Origin: the human T2T-CHM13v2.0 reference genome, Homo sapiens
Strand: one strand, 5' to 3'
NCBI RefSeq assembly: GCF_009914755.1
Contig: NC_060929.1
Length of the DNA stretch: 64,000 nucleotides
Translations under genes and position numbers: made by a program
In this document: positions 17,187 to 31,311 of the stretch, one piece after another
How the letters are laid out: every line of letters starts with the position of its first letter
Numbering within the stretch: the stretch's first letter is position 1
Notes under the pieces: generated by a model
Databases searched by the model: none
What the model saw: only the letters and a program-made list of their open reading frames with translations
What the model was told of the DNA's origin: nothing

Positions 17187-17598
17187 TGAGTAGCTGGAAC
17201 TACAGGCGCCTGCCACCATGCCCGGCTAATTTTTTATATTTTTAGTAGAAACAGGGTTTCACTGTTGTTAGCCAGGTTGGTCTCGATCTCCTGACCTCGT
17301 GATCCGCCCGCCTTAGCCTCCCAAAGTGCTGGGATTACAGGCGTGAGCCACCACGCCCGGCCCTTATATTATTATTTTTTAAAGTCCTTGCTGATCATTT
17401 TTAGTGACTGTCTTAATTTTTTTATATAATGGATGGACATACTAGATGAACATCTGGATAATTCAAGATTTCTGTATCATAAGTAACAGCACAGTGAAAA
17501 TTGCAGTTTAATTTTGATACAAAATAAACTATATAGTGACTTCAATTGAGTATGTTCCATATGCCTTTTTGATTGTGAAGCTCAACATTAAGAACTGA

Positions 17599-17962
<364 letters not shown>

Positions 17963-18626
17963 TGATCATTTTTTAATCTTGTTAAATAAGGAGAATCACC
18001 TCTATATTATACTGGATTTTATTGTGCTTTTTGTTTAGTTTTGTTGGTTTAACGGTGTTGTTCCTTAAGATGTTGACTTGTTTCCTATAAATTAAAATAG
18101 TAACTCAGTTTAACCTGTACTTAATGGTATTAAGTGTAGTGCGGATGTCAGTTTCAGCATCCTTGATGTCTGCATGGGATAGCATTTCACAGGAGTCAGT
18201 CAGAGGTAGATGCTAGAGAGGTCACTGTGTGCTCTTAGTAGATACTGGTCTGTCAGAATAGGGTGGACCTCCATTAAGCCTTACAGATTGGTCCTGGATG
18301 TTTCTGGGTTAAAATGAAGAATGTGATAAGATGATTTGGTGACCAAGTGTGGGCTGCAGGGAACAAAGAGAGAACATCTGCTGGCTGCTCCAGGGTCTGC
18401 CTTGGGAGTGGTGGACCTGAAGCTAATTTGACTTGATGTGTAGTCTTATTGACGGCAGGGACCATGAATTAACTTTTTTGTGTCTTAACACATTGCTTAT
18501 AGTAAGTTCAGTTATGCTTTGTTGAATGAACGAGAAATAGGCATGTGTACCCACACACAGAAGTCTAGTTTAGTTCTGAAAGTAGACGAATATAGAAGTG
18601 AAACTTTGGCCAGGTGCGGTGGCTCA

Positions 18627-18909
<283 letters not shown>

Positions 18910-19188
18910 CTAATAAAACTTATGAAAGGCATGTCATTTAACACCAGCCTTATGGATCAGCAAAAACACAAAGATTTTTGTCTTCTGTTTTGTTCAGGTG
19001 GCAGGAGTAGTTGATACAAAAATTATTGCTACGTATCTGTGATGTACCAGGTACCTTTCCTGCATTTTATCTTCATGACAATCTCTTTTCCCAGAGAAGA
19101 GAATGAGGCTCAGAGAGGGTAGTTAACCCGGTTAAGATTGGTACTAATGTGTTCACAGAATGCTGACTGTTCAATATCTGACCTGTAG

Positions 19189-19393
19189 AATCAACCCATT
19201 GCCACGGAAGAAAAGTCAAAGAAATTCAAGAAGAAGCAACAGGGAAAGCGCAGGACCCAGGGTGAAATCACAAAGGAGCGAGAAGATGAGTGTTTTAGTT
19301 GTGGGGATGCTGGCCAGCTCGTCTCCTGCAAGAAACCAGGCTGCCCAAAAGTTTACCACGCAGACTGTCTCAATCTGACCAAGCGACCAGCAG
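19189..19393 (+). CDS. NSD1: NSD1 penultimate exon, basic linker and PHD finger (205 nt)
   Basis: ctgtag|AATCAA...CAGCAG|gttggt; NQPIATEEKSKKFKKK...EDECFSCGDAGQLVSCKKPGCPKVYHADCLNLTKRPA. Confidence 0.97.
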
Positions 19394-21066
19394 GTTGGTG
19401 CCAAAATCCATTTGTACCGCTACTCGTTCTCTCCATCATACTCAGGGTCTCATGCCATTTGCATCAGCCTTGAAGAAAGTGCCATTTGGTCTTTCCATGC
19501 ATAATTTTGAGGGGTATGGTCTATTTTCTTATTTTGGAAATAATGAAAGCAAAGGCTTAGAATTCTTAGTTATGAAGAATGGGACAGCGGTGCACTTGCT
19601 GTGTTTCAGGTCCTTTACTTACAGTCATGTTTATTTCATTCCCCCAGCAGCCCATAATGGTTGGTTTTCTTCCATAATGCATGTGAAGAAACAGAGTGAG
19701 GATTGGGGAGGTGATCTTTCACACATAGATAGAGGAGCTGGATTGAGAGCTGGGTTTTTGACTCCAAGACTATTAAATCATGTTGCCTTTCTAGAGAAAG
19801 AAAGATTGAGATAGTAAAGCCTTTAGGTGGTTCTAGTCAGTGAGAGATGGATTGCCACCCTTTTAGCACTTCCTACCTTGCTCCCCTACGCCTAGTGCAG
19901 TCTCCCCCCATGCAGAGTAGACTTTTTTCCTCTAAAGGAGATTTGGTTGTATCAGTTAATACATGAGAAAGCTGCTCAGGTGGATGTGGTACCCAGGAAA
20001 TTTGTAGTTGAAGAAATTGAGAACCTTTGAGTAGTGATTTGGGGTTAGAGAATTTTAGGGATTTGGATATGCCATCTATTTTAATGAACAAAAAAGAGAA
20101 ACCAGTAGGGAGCCATTCCAGGGTGAGGAGATTATACATTACTAGTGACCTGCTTCCAAGAGTTGCAGAACGTTAAGAACTTTAGGGTATAAGTAAAAGG
20201 AATTTGTCCCCAAATTGGCTTTCCTTCACTGTATATTGGCCAGGGTCATGAAATAAAAGAAACTGAGGTAGGATGAGGGCAAGGCCATCACATTGACCTG
20301 TCAGCACCAGGAAGTAGAATTGTTTCAGAATCAACTGCTCAGGGTCGTCACTGGCGCAGGCTATGATAGAACCAATCTTGCCTGTGTGCCAGGAGTGGGA
20401 GCTGGTGTAGTTGATTTGAAGGTGGAAACACTGTCCCTGGTCAAGACCCTCAGGTTTCATGAAATGTGGGGAGGCAGGTAAAAGCTTAGGTCAGCTTTGG
20501 GTCTTTTCTACTGATTCCATGTGAACAACATATAACGTGCTGTGCTGATCTCAAGACTTAAAATAGAGCAAAGGTAAATCTTCCATTTTTCATGATTTTA
20601 TATCTTTTCTATTACTGTTAATAGCAAATAAGCAGGAATCTAAATCACCAGGATATTTCTCTTTGAGTTGCTTATTTAAAAGCTGTATAGTACAAATGGA
20701 GATTGCAAAAATATAAAAGTAATATCTTAAGTTTCATGTAAAAGAAACTTTTTGTTGTCCCCACCCCCGCCCCCCCCTCACCTCCTTGCTGGAAATAGTC
20801 ATAGAAATACCAATTTACTCTTCTGCTTGTATATTTAGTTGATAGTAGTTGCTATTTGATAATTCGCTGTTACTTTATGTATTCTGTGCACAAAAAGAAG
20901 CTGGAATTCTGGGGCAAGAGGTGGCTGGTGAGTGGCATAAGCTCTCTGAAGCAGGGACAGTGTGAAGGAAGGTCATCATCCACACCTTCGGACTGTAGCG
21001 TAGCCTTGGCCCATGTGATATGTATCTCTTTTTTCCTAAACTTTTGATTTACTTCTGTGTTTTCAG

Positions 21067-22694
21067 GGAAATGGGAATGTCCGTGGCATCAGTGTGACAT
21101 CTGCGGGAAGGAAGCAGCCTCCTTCTGTGAGATGTGCCCCAGCTCCTTTTGTAAGCAGCATCGAGAAGGGATGCTTTTCATTTCCAAACTGGATGGGCGT
21201 CTGTCTTGTACTGAGCATGACCCCTGTGGGCCCAATCCTCTGGAACCTGGGGAGATCCGTGAGTATGTGCCTCCCCCAGTACCGCTGCCTCCAGGGCCAA
21301 GCACTCACCTGGCAGAGCAATCAACAGGAATGGCTGCTCAGGCACCCAAAATGTCAGATAAACCTCCTGCTGACACCAACCAGATGCTGTCGCTCTCCAA
21401 AAAAGCTCTGGCAGGGACTTGTCAGAGGCCACTGCTACCTGAAAGACCTCTTGAGAGAACTGACTCCAGGCCCCAGCCTTTAGATAAGGTCAGAGACCTC
21501 GCTGGGTCAGGGACCAAATCCCAATCCTTGGTTTCCAGCCAGAGGCCACTGGACAGGCCACCAGCAGTGGCAGGACCAAGACCCCAGCTAAGCGACAAAC
21601 CCTCTCCAGTGACCAGCCCAAGCTCCTCACCCTCAGTCAGGTCCCAACCACTGGAAAGACCTCTGGGGACGGCTGACCCAAGGCTGGATAAATCCATAGG
21701 TGCTGCCAGCCCAAGGCCCCAGTCACTGGAGAAAACCTCAGTTCCCACTGGCCTGAGACTTCCGCCGCCAGACAGACTGCTCATTACTAGCAGTCCCAAA
21801 CCCCAGACTTCAGACAGGCCTACTGACAAACCCCATGCCTCTTTGTCCCAGAGACTCCCACCTCCTGAGAAAGTACTATCAGCTGTGGTCCAGACCCTTG
21901 TAGCTAAAGAAAAAGCACTGAGGCCTGTGGACCAGAATACTCAGTCAAAAAATAGAGCTGCTTTGGTGATGGATCTCATAGACCTAACTCCTCGCCAGAA
22001 GGAGCGGGCAGCTTCACCTCATCAGGTCACACCACAGGCTGATGAGAAGATGCCAGTGTTGGAGTCAAGTTCATGGCCTGCCAGCAAAGGTCTGGGGCAT
22101 ATGCCGAGAGCTGTTGAGAAAGGCTGTGTGTCAGATCCTCTTCAGACATCTGGGAAAGCAGCAGCCCCTTCAGAGGACCCCTGGCAAGCTGTTAAATCAC
22201 TCACCCAGGCCAGACTTCTTTCTCAGCCTCCTGCCAAGGCCTTTTTATATGAGCCAACAACTCAGGCCTCAGGAAGAGCTTCTGCAGGGGCTGAGCAGAC
22301 CCCAGGGCCTCTTAGCCAATCCCCGGGCCTGGTGAAGCAGGCGAAGCAGATGGTCGGAGGCCAGCAACTACCTGCACTTGCCGCCAAGAGTGGGCAATCT
22401 TTTAGGTCTCTCGGGAAGGCCCCAGCCTCCCTCCCCACTGAAGAAAAGAAGTTGGTAACCACAGAGCAAAGTCCCTGGGCCCTGGGAAAAGCCTCATCAC
22501 GGGCAGGGCTCTGGCCCATAGTGGCTGGACAGACACTGGCACAGTCTTGCTGGTCTGCTGGGAGCACACAGACATTGGCACAGACTTGCTGGTCTCTTGG
22601 AAGAGGGCAAGACCCCAAACCAGAGCAAAATACACTTCCAGCTCTTAACCAGGCTCCTTCCAGTCACAAGTGTGCAGAATCAGAACAGAAGTAG
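21067..22694 (+). CDS. NSD1: NSD1 last exon coding part: C5HCH domain and Pro/Ser-rich C-terminal tail
   Basis: tttcag|GGAAATGG; ORF 21057..22694 [32 protein letters not shown]...CAESEQK*. Confidence 0.98.
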
Positions 22695-25600
22695 TACCAA
22701 TCAATGTCACATGAACAAACAAGCTGCCCCCAGGGTACCATTTGGGGAGGGGAAATCTTTTCTTTCTTTCCCCCTTAAAAAAAAACACATCTGCCCCGAA
22801 CACTTTCCCACTGTTATTCTTTCCTCATATCCCAACACTCAGAACTCTTGTGACATTAGCCAGTGGGGGCTTATGGTTGTGTGAACCATGTATGAAAATC
22901 CAGTGGGCCCCAACCAAGGAGACAGACAGACTTGGGTCTCTTTCCCCCAACTTTTCCACATGGTCATCGTGAAATAAAAAGTCCACTCTGGAGTCAAGTA
23001 TGGAATTCAATTCCGCTGGTCAGGTTGGAAGGTATAGGGGCTCTCAAAGCGATTTCCCCAACCAGACAGAGCCCCATTGAGGGCACCTAGGAACCCTTGG
23101 GAGGAAATGGTGTTCTTTCAAATCAGTGGCGATTTCCTGAGCATTCACGTGTTCTAGGCCGGGTGCTAGTCACTGATGAGAGATACAGGCCTCATCCCTG
23201 TGAGCCTGGATTCCAAGGCTTTCAGGAACCTTTGACCAGGAAGTAACAGGAAGTTCTGAGGGGCCCTGGGGCTTTAGACTCATTTTGAAATGTCCTTTGT
23301 GGCACCAGAAGTGGTTGTGTTGAGGAAGTGTCTCTTGGCTGCGGTGTGCATGGGTGCGTGTGCATGCGCGCACACTCACAGAGGTCTCCTCTATAGATGC
23401 AAGGGTGCTGCATTGAGGCCAGCAAGGCTGTTGGCTGTGGGGTCGCCGCTGCTGCTTTTGTCTGGGCTGTGCAGAGTCTCAAGATCAGTCCTTGGAGGAG
23501 CAGGTGGTCAGGGGCAGTCGGGCTCTGTGCGAATGTAGATTTCCAGCAGTGGAAGAAGGCATTTGGCAAGCTTCTCTTTCTTTGCTTTTGTTTCTACCTA
23601 TTTTTCTCTTTGTACATGAATCCACCCCATCCCTATTTCCCTAAAACACTCAGGTGCTTTCAGATTTCAGAGCCTCGGGCAGTGGACATAGGGAATCTCT
23701 GGCAAGCTCTGAGCTAGACACACCAGCTTCAGGAAGAGTACCAGATCCTGATGGGAAATTTCTTTTCCCCATTCCTTTTCCCTCCTGAGTGGAGGGAGTC
23801 CTCTTCTTCGCCTCCCTGAGAATTGCTGTGCTCTGTATTGAGAGCACCTGCCTGCTGACTTAGCTCAAAGGCAAGCCAGAACCCTTCCCTGAAGACTGGC
23901 AAGAGGTGGTGTTTAGAGCAACGTCCAGGCTAAGAGATGACTCCTATTAACTGCTGATTATCTGTTACTGCTGCCCTGAGCTGGGGCCCAAGGGCTGGGA
24001 AATCTGTTGGTGCTACCCTGCCCTACCATTCACCCAGCTCACAGACTGCCAACAGGAAGTGCTGTTTGGCTAGTTTCCTCCCACTTGTCTACCCCTCCTT
24101 TGTCCTTAGACCAACATGTTTACCTCTCTGCTTTGCCAACTTAGCCAGCAGGCCATCCCCGGCCCTAACGTCTCCTGGCCATTATCTCTTAGTTATGGCT
24201 TTCACGCTCTCAATAGGATTCTGTATTTGGTCCCAATTTCCTCAAGTTCTTATTGAGGTTACTCCCATCAATTCCACGGAGGGAACAGTAGTTATTATAG
24301 AAGCATTTGCGCTTTATCTAAAGATTAAAAATAGAATCTGCTTTTATTTCCCAAAGTCTGTCTCTGAGGTTGAGACACTTGAACTCAGGCAGAGGGACGA
24401 GGCTGGGCAGGGCTGTCCTGAGTTTAGGGGCCTATCCCTGCATTTCACTGAGACCTCGGAATCTCCTCTGTGAATTCCACCTGCCTAGTTCTCCCCTTTC
24501 ATCCTCTCTCTCTTCCCACATCATCAAAGAGGAAAAGCTCTTTGTTCAAAAGGAAGAGAAAACGTAAAGCATCTTATTTTCTTTTAAAAGAATTTTAAAC
24601 CATGAAAAAGATATTTTTAAAGAAATTCACCGAGAACATTAAAGTTCATTATATTAAGTATTTATCATGTGTGAGAATAATAAATATATAACTGCAGCTA
24701 GTAGGTCCCTTTCCCTAATCTTTTAGGTCATATGAGTAGGGTTTGCTTGGTGCCAGTCCTGTGCCCTTTTCTCTCCAGTCATCTGTAGTTGTGATCAGAA
24801 AAAGGTATCTGCACTGCACTGTCAGAGTCTCCTTTCACTATGTTGTGTGTTAAATTACCGTAGCTCTTTGTTTCATGAAATAAACTGTGAATTTGGGGGG
24901 GGCGGGGGGAGGGCGTGCAGGCCATGTAAAAATTTTCCGTGGAGAAGTTTGATTCTAAAGTAGCTTCTCTAAAGTAGGCTTTGGTAGGTAATCAACTTGA
25001 CAGCAGTCTAGATGTCTCACAGGACAGGAGGGAGTGAGGGAAAGGGGCCATGATTGGCTGCTTTGTGGTTTTATTTTGGTTCTTTCCATTCTCCGCCATT
25101 CATTGGAGGCTTCGTTCCAGACCTGCCTGGGAAAACAGCTTCTGAGCCATTTTGGGGAGCAGTTCTTCATCTGAATGGATGGACATCTGGGCTTCCTTCA
25201 AGGGCCATTGAATGGGAACTAGAAAACCACTGGAAACTAGAAATTTGAGCTATTGGGCCCACCAGTAGCAGCATGTGATACTAGATGGTTAAAATCATGA
25301 AAGCAGTCACTATCCAATTAGAAGCAGAGTCACAACAACTGTTGGGAAATGTGACTCTTGGAGGAAGGTGGGGAGGGAGTGGCCTTGCCAGCCCTGTGGG
25401 ACGTCCCCTGAAGTTTGTAATAAGACCCCTTTTCCAAAGGGATGTGAATTGGAGTGAAAAGGAAATCTTTCATCTTAGAAAACTTCTGGTCCTTAACGCA
25501 GGGTGGTATTTGGGTATGTGCTTGGAAATTGAGATCTCAAGAGTGTTTGCCTTGGAGCCAGCTCCCCAGGAGGCCTTTTCCAGGGACAAGGCAAAAGTTG

Positions 25601-27450
25601 AAATTCTCCATGGGTAGCTAGAAAGCCAATACATCTAGCCCTGCTAAGTCAGAAAAAGATTATGAAAAATGTTGAAATTTACATTCAAAGCCTCATTTGC
25701 TTATCTTGCTGGAGCCAACCCAGTCTAATAGCAAAATAGCTGTCATTGATACAGAAACATCCTCATTTTTAAATGTCTGCTTTACCCTGTTACTGAGTTT
25801 GAGATGACTTAAATCACTGTGTTGACCCTCTTCTGAACCAAATCTTTAGCATTGATGAAAATAGTTATTTTATTCTTTACATCCTTCACCCCACACTATG
25901 GTCAGGGCATGAAACACCCTGTTGATCCCTTCCCAGGCTCGGCACTGTCTGCTCACTGGAGCCGGACTCCCAGGTTGTAATTCTAATGTTGCCTCATGAG
26001 AACAGAATGGCAGAAAGTTTAGTCCTGACAGATTCCCCCATAGGGAGTAATGAGGACAGCATGAAACTTGGATAGGTTTTACCCTTAGTCCCTATAAGGT
26101 GGATTTTACTAAGGTTTTTTAAATGATACTGTCATCCTCTTGGGGTTTATCAGCCAGGTTAGAGGAGCCCAGTGTCCTAACCTCTCTCAGATCATGGCAG
26201 AGAAGGAGCTGCCTCCAGCCCCTTTCTTGCTGAGTCTCATTTGAGCAGTTCCATGTGTAGACATTCCAAGTCACTGCTTGGTAGTTGCTGTGGGAGCCTG
26301 TCATTGGCTATGGCCAGTTAGTTCTCAGCTGAGCTTCCTAGGGCCAGTGCAACAGGGCCAGAGGCTGCTATAGTGTAAATTGAAATAAGAATAGATCATT
26401 GTTTTGTACACACACACAATAAAATGTAATGATGGTGCTAATTTCACGGTATAAATAAGCACTGCCAAGGGTTGAGGGACTGGCAGCTCAAGAAACCCGG
26501 GTTCCTGTTTGGGAGGAGATTTTATGTAGAAAAGTTTGAGGCTTTGTTAAAAGTGGGGAGAAGGAAGATCCTCAGTGAAGCCTGCACCCAACCCTGGAGT
26601 GGCCCAGTGCAATCCAGAGGTGGAAGAGATCCTATATCCAGGTGAAGGTGGCCATTGAGTTTCTCAGGGCTGGGGCCACCTTGTCCATAGCCTCCGTCCA
26701 CGCTGCCTGGAGCAGGTTGTTAGAGAGCTCTGGTTGTTGGGTCTTCCTCAGCTCCCTTCTGCCCCTCTCTACCTCTTCCACTCATGGAAGCCCCTCTACT
26801 GCTTATGAAGATTAAGGGTAGTATTTTCTAAGGAAGTGGAAAGAATTAAACTAGAAATCCACAACCTCGGAAGAAGTGTTTCGAGTTTAACATGCGCTGT
26901 TTCTGCTTATGTGGTTCCTTCTCTAGAGCTGCTTTCCCATGGCTTTCAAAACATCAGGTTATTGTGGGGCTTCAGGTGTAAGGTCCTGGAAGTTCAGCAA
27001 AGTTTCGTGGACAAGACATGGGCACAGAGAGTAGAAGCAGAAATAAATGGTTCTATGTTTTCAACTTCCAGGGTTGGGGCAGGCCAGAGCAAGGCGGTCT
27101 CATCGAGGTGGGTGCTACCTGTGTGTGTGTAGATGAGTGTGCTGAAGGTGGGGAGGGCAGCACACAGCAGCTCATGGCAGAGCCGCCTCCTAGGTCTTGG
27201 CAAAGAGGCAAGCTGACGATAGACATCTACCTATATTGTTAAGAAAGGGGTCGGGGGGATCAGCCAAGGTCCATCATTGCTTTTTTGCCGCGCCCCCCCC
27301 CCCCCGCCCCCATAGATTGTCAGCTGTAAGTGAAACTCCTAGTGAAAAAGAGGGGAGCCCTGTGTTAGGAGTCCCCATAAACATGTACTGTAATTCTTTG
27401 TATATAGAAAAAAAATTTACTGTAAAGTAAAGTTTAACTTTACTCATATA
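22695..27450 (+). other. NSD1: NSD1 3'UTR (~4.75 kb)
   Basis: Repeat-poor stretch after the stop, ending in a TGTA cluster, AGTAAA (27426-27431) and a GT-rich downstream element; end inferred. Confidence 0.75.
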
Positions 27451-27480
27451 TGGCCCTTGCCCTGTGTTTTGTTTTATTGG
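27384..27480 (+). terminator. NSD1 distal polyadenylation region
   Basis: Four TGTA elements, variant hexamer AGTAAA 27426-27431, downstream ctgtgttttgtttt. Confidence 0.7.
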
Positions 27481-28454
27481 CTGTGGGGAGTTGTAGTCTA
27501 ACAGGAGGGAGGATTGTTTGGGGTGAGAGCAGAAGCCAGCCCCAGAGATAGTACGAGGTGGGGGGCGGGGGGCGCAGGGATACTGTGAAGCTAAGCCCTT
27601 CCTCCAAGCACGTCATGGGAATAGTGTGTTTCCTCTCAGCAGCCACAGGGCTGCCCAAGCCTCTTTCTCCCCCTGTTGGGAGTGGCTGGTTTCAGTTTCA
27701 GTCTCCCTCCACAGGAAGCCCCCATCACTCATGAAGGAAGGGCAGTTTGAGGAATTGGTTTTTAAAAAGGAAGTGGAACCAAAGCACTCTCTGAGTGTGA
27801 GTCTGACCATGTTGGCTAAGTTGTACATTTTTCCAAGGCAGGTGTTGGCCACTGCAGAGGACTCAGCCCAGGCCTAAATAAAGGCAGGAAAGCAGAGGCA
27901 AAGGATAAAACTAAGGGAAAGCCCCTGGCCTGGGGCCACACCCTCCATACCAGAAAGGGCTGCAATAAATTTCCTTCTGGTTGAGCAGCAAGTGTCAGCC
28001 CTGTTTACAGTTAACACCTGATTCCTCAGAAATATCTGGATCTTCTTTGGGGAAAACTTGGGAGTTTGCTTCCCTTTGTGACCTAGTCCTGAACTTCCTG
28101 CCCTTTCAGCAAAAAGTGCTTGGGAAGATTGGGAAAAACATTTAGTACTAGAGTTACTCTTCACTTTCTTCACAATCCTTGGGCTGCATAGTAGTCACCT
28201 TATTTTACAGATGAGAAACTCAAGATGAGGATTTAAGTCCCTTTTCTAAATTAGCAGCTGAATTGGAACCAAATCTGGATCCATTAGACCTTTCTGGCTT
28301 ACAGAACTTAGGACTTTCCTACCATTAAACCACATTGTAGGATGTCACTGGGAAGCTCAGGACCTGAGTCACAGGTCTGACATAGGGGCCCAAACATGAC
28401 AGATGCAGTAGAGCTAGTCAGACCAACCTGTCTCAGGTAGGAATGCTTGACCCT

Positions 28455-28712
28455 TTTATTTCGAAGCAACTCATGCACTCTTTTCAGCACTCAGAAGGAA
28501 CTGTGAGCTTTTATACTACTACAGCCCCAGTATCTCAGCGGTAACCATGGGGAAAAAAGTCTTGTTTTCCAAAGGAAAATGAGAGTTGGGAGGAGCCTTA
28601 ATATAAGCAGTGAGGCCAGCCGGGTGGCCCCAGAAAGAACTAGGTGTCTTGACACCTAATCCACACAGCAGGGAAAGGGGCTGGGTGTGATTCACAGTGC
28701 ACTGATTTTATT
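28455..28712 (-). terminator. RAB24 poly(A) signals (two AATAAA)
   Basis: tttatt on + at 28707-28712 and 28455-28460, downstream of the RAB24 stop. Confidence 0.75.
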
Positions 28713-28977
28713 TACAGATCAAAAGCCACTTAAATAATCTGCAGACACAAGTGCTGTCCAGGGCAGAAGCCTGGGGTCCAAATCAGCCTTATCCCTCCTC
28801 ATGCCCACAGTCAGCCCAATGCTGTCTCCGTTCCATGGGCCAGCACAGGCAGGCGCCACTCTGCTGACATGAGGACCTGGGGTAGCTCAGACATTTGACT
28901 ACCCAAGCCCAGAAAGGAGCTGGGTCCAGCCCTTACGGGGAATTCCTTTAATTCCCCCAGGCCAGGTGAGTGCTGAC

Positions 28978-29085
<108 letters not shown>

Positions 29086-29124
29086 TCAGGTAACTCAGGA
29101 AAGGGGCTAGATGCTGTGGGCCTA

Positions 29125-29241
<117 letters not shown>

Positions 29242-29362
29242 TCAGCGAGGGCCCAATGCCAGTAGCCCTGGGATCTCCCAGTGACCCAGCCCTCTGTGCC
29301 CTATTCAGCTTCCTCTGGTGCCCCTGCATGTTCCTGCTGTGAGGCTCCAGCACAGCACTCAC

Positions 29363-29413
29363 CCACACTCTGGCCTGTCTTGCTGGATGTTTCAAAGAGC
29401 TGAGCTTTGATAT
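29363..29413 (-). CDS. RAB24: RAB24 coding exon 6 (G5 box ETSSK)
   Basis: (N)IKAQLFETSSKTGQSV; donor gtgagt. Confidence 0.96.
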
Positions 29414-29512
29414 CTGTAAAGAGAAGTGACTAAAGCCTCATACCTGAGAATTAGATAAACAGACAAAAGGGAGGGCTAGCAGTTCAGGGAGTCTCCTGGA
29501 CCCCACAGTTCA

Positions 29513-30064
<552 letters not shown>

Positions 30065-30117
30065 CTAAAGAGTAAGGCCTGAGTCAAACTTAAGGCCACG
30101 TTCTCCAGACCCCGCTA

Positions 30118-30537
<420 letters not shown>

Positions 30538-31219
30538 TCAGCCACGTCAGGGTCCTGAGCGGGGACGGGAGGCAAACCCCGATCTCCGCTCGGCCCAGGC
30601 AGCGCCCAAGCCTCAGACCCCGACCCCAAACGGCGCCAACCTACGACTCCAGACAGCGCGTCGGGCTCGAGCTCTGGCCGTGGCCTTGCACTTCGGCAGC
30701 GCCCCGTGTGCCCCCGCTGTTCGGCCCCGGGCGCCGATTATCCTTCGAAGACCCCAAGCCTCGGGGCGGCCTGGGAGCGCGCGGGACAGCGTCCTCAACA
30801 GCGCAGCACGCCGCCGTGCAGCTCGCTACTCCGTCATTCGCTCGCCTGCCCGGCTTAAGCTCCGTTCTGGCTGGGAATCCCAACCGAACCTGGGGTCTCC
30901 CGCAACCCGGCTCCTACCCGCAGCGCCGCGACTCCCGCGGGAGGGGGCTAGAGGGCGAGGGGGCGGGGCCGCAAGGTCACGTGGCGCGGGCGCCGGAAGC
31001 GGTGGCTTCTGTGTGGCTGCGCCGGAAGTGGCGCGCGGCCGGACAACTCATGGCGGCGGCGGCGGCGGCGGCAGCTGCTTGGGCGCGGTGCGGTGGTGAC
31101 TGAGCTACGAGCCTGGCGGCGGGTGTGCGCCGAGCCCCGGCCCGGCCCGGCCCTCGCGTGCCTCCCAGGCTCCGCACCCCTGATGCTGCGCGGGTGCTGA
31201 GCCCGCTTCGGCCGGGACG

Positions 31220-31311
31220 ATGGTGAAGTATTTCCTGGGCCAGAGCGTGCTCCGGAGTTCCTGGGACCAAGTGTTCGCCGCCTTCTGGCAGCGGTACCCG
31301 AATCCCTATAG
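31220..31311 (+). CDS. PRELID1: PRELID1 exon 1 coding part
   Basis: gggacgATGG; MVKYFLGQSVLRSSWDQVFAAFWQRYPNPY; donor gtacgt. Confidence 0.97.

Noticed and set aside
21057-21066. Independent start for the 545-aa ORF
   Set aside because: The start codon is an intronic GTG just before the acceptor; the ORF is the last NSD1 exon
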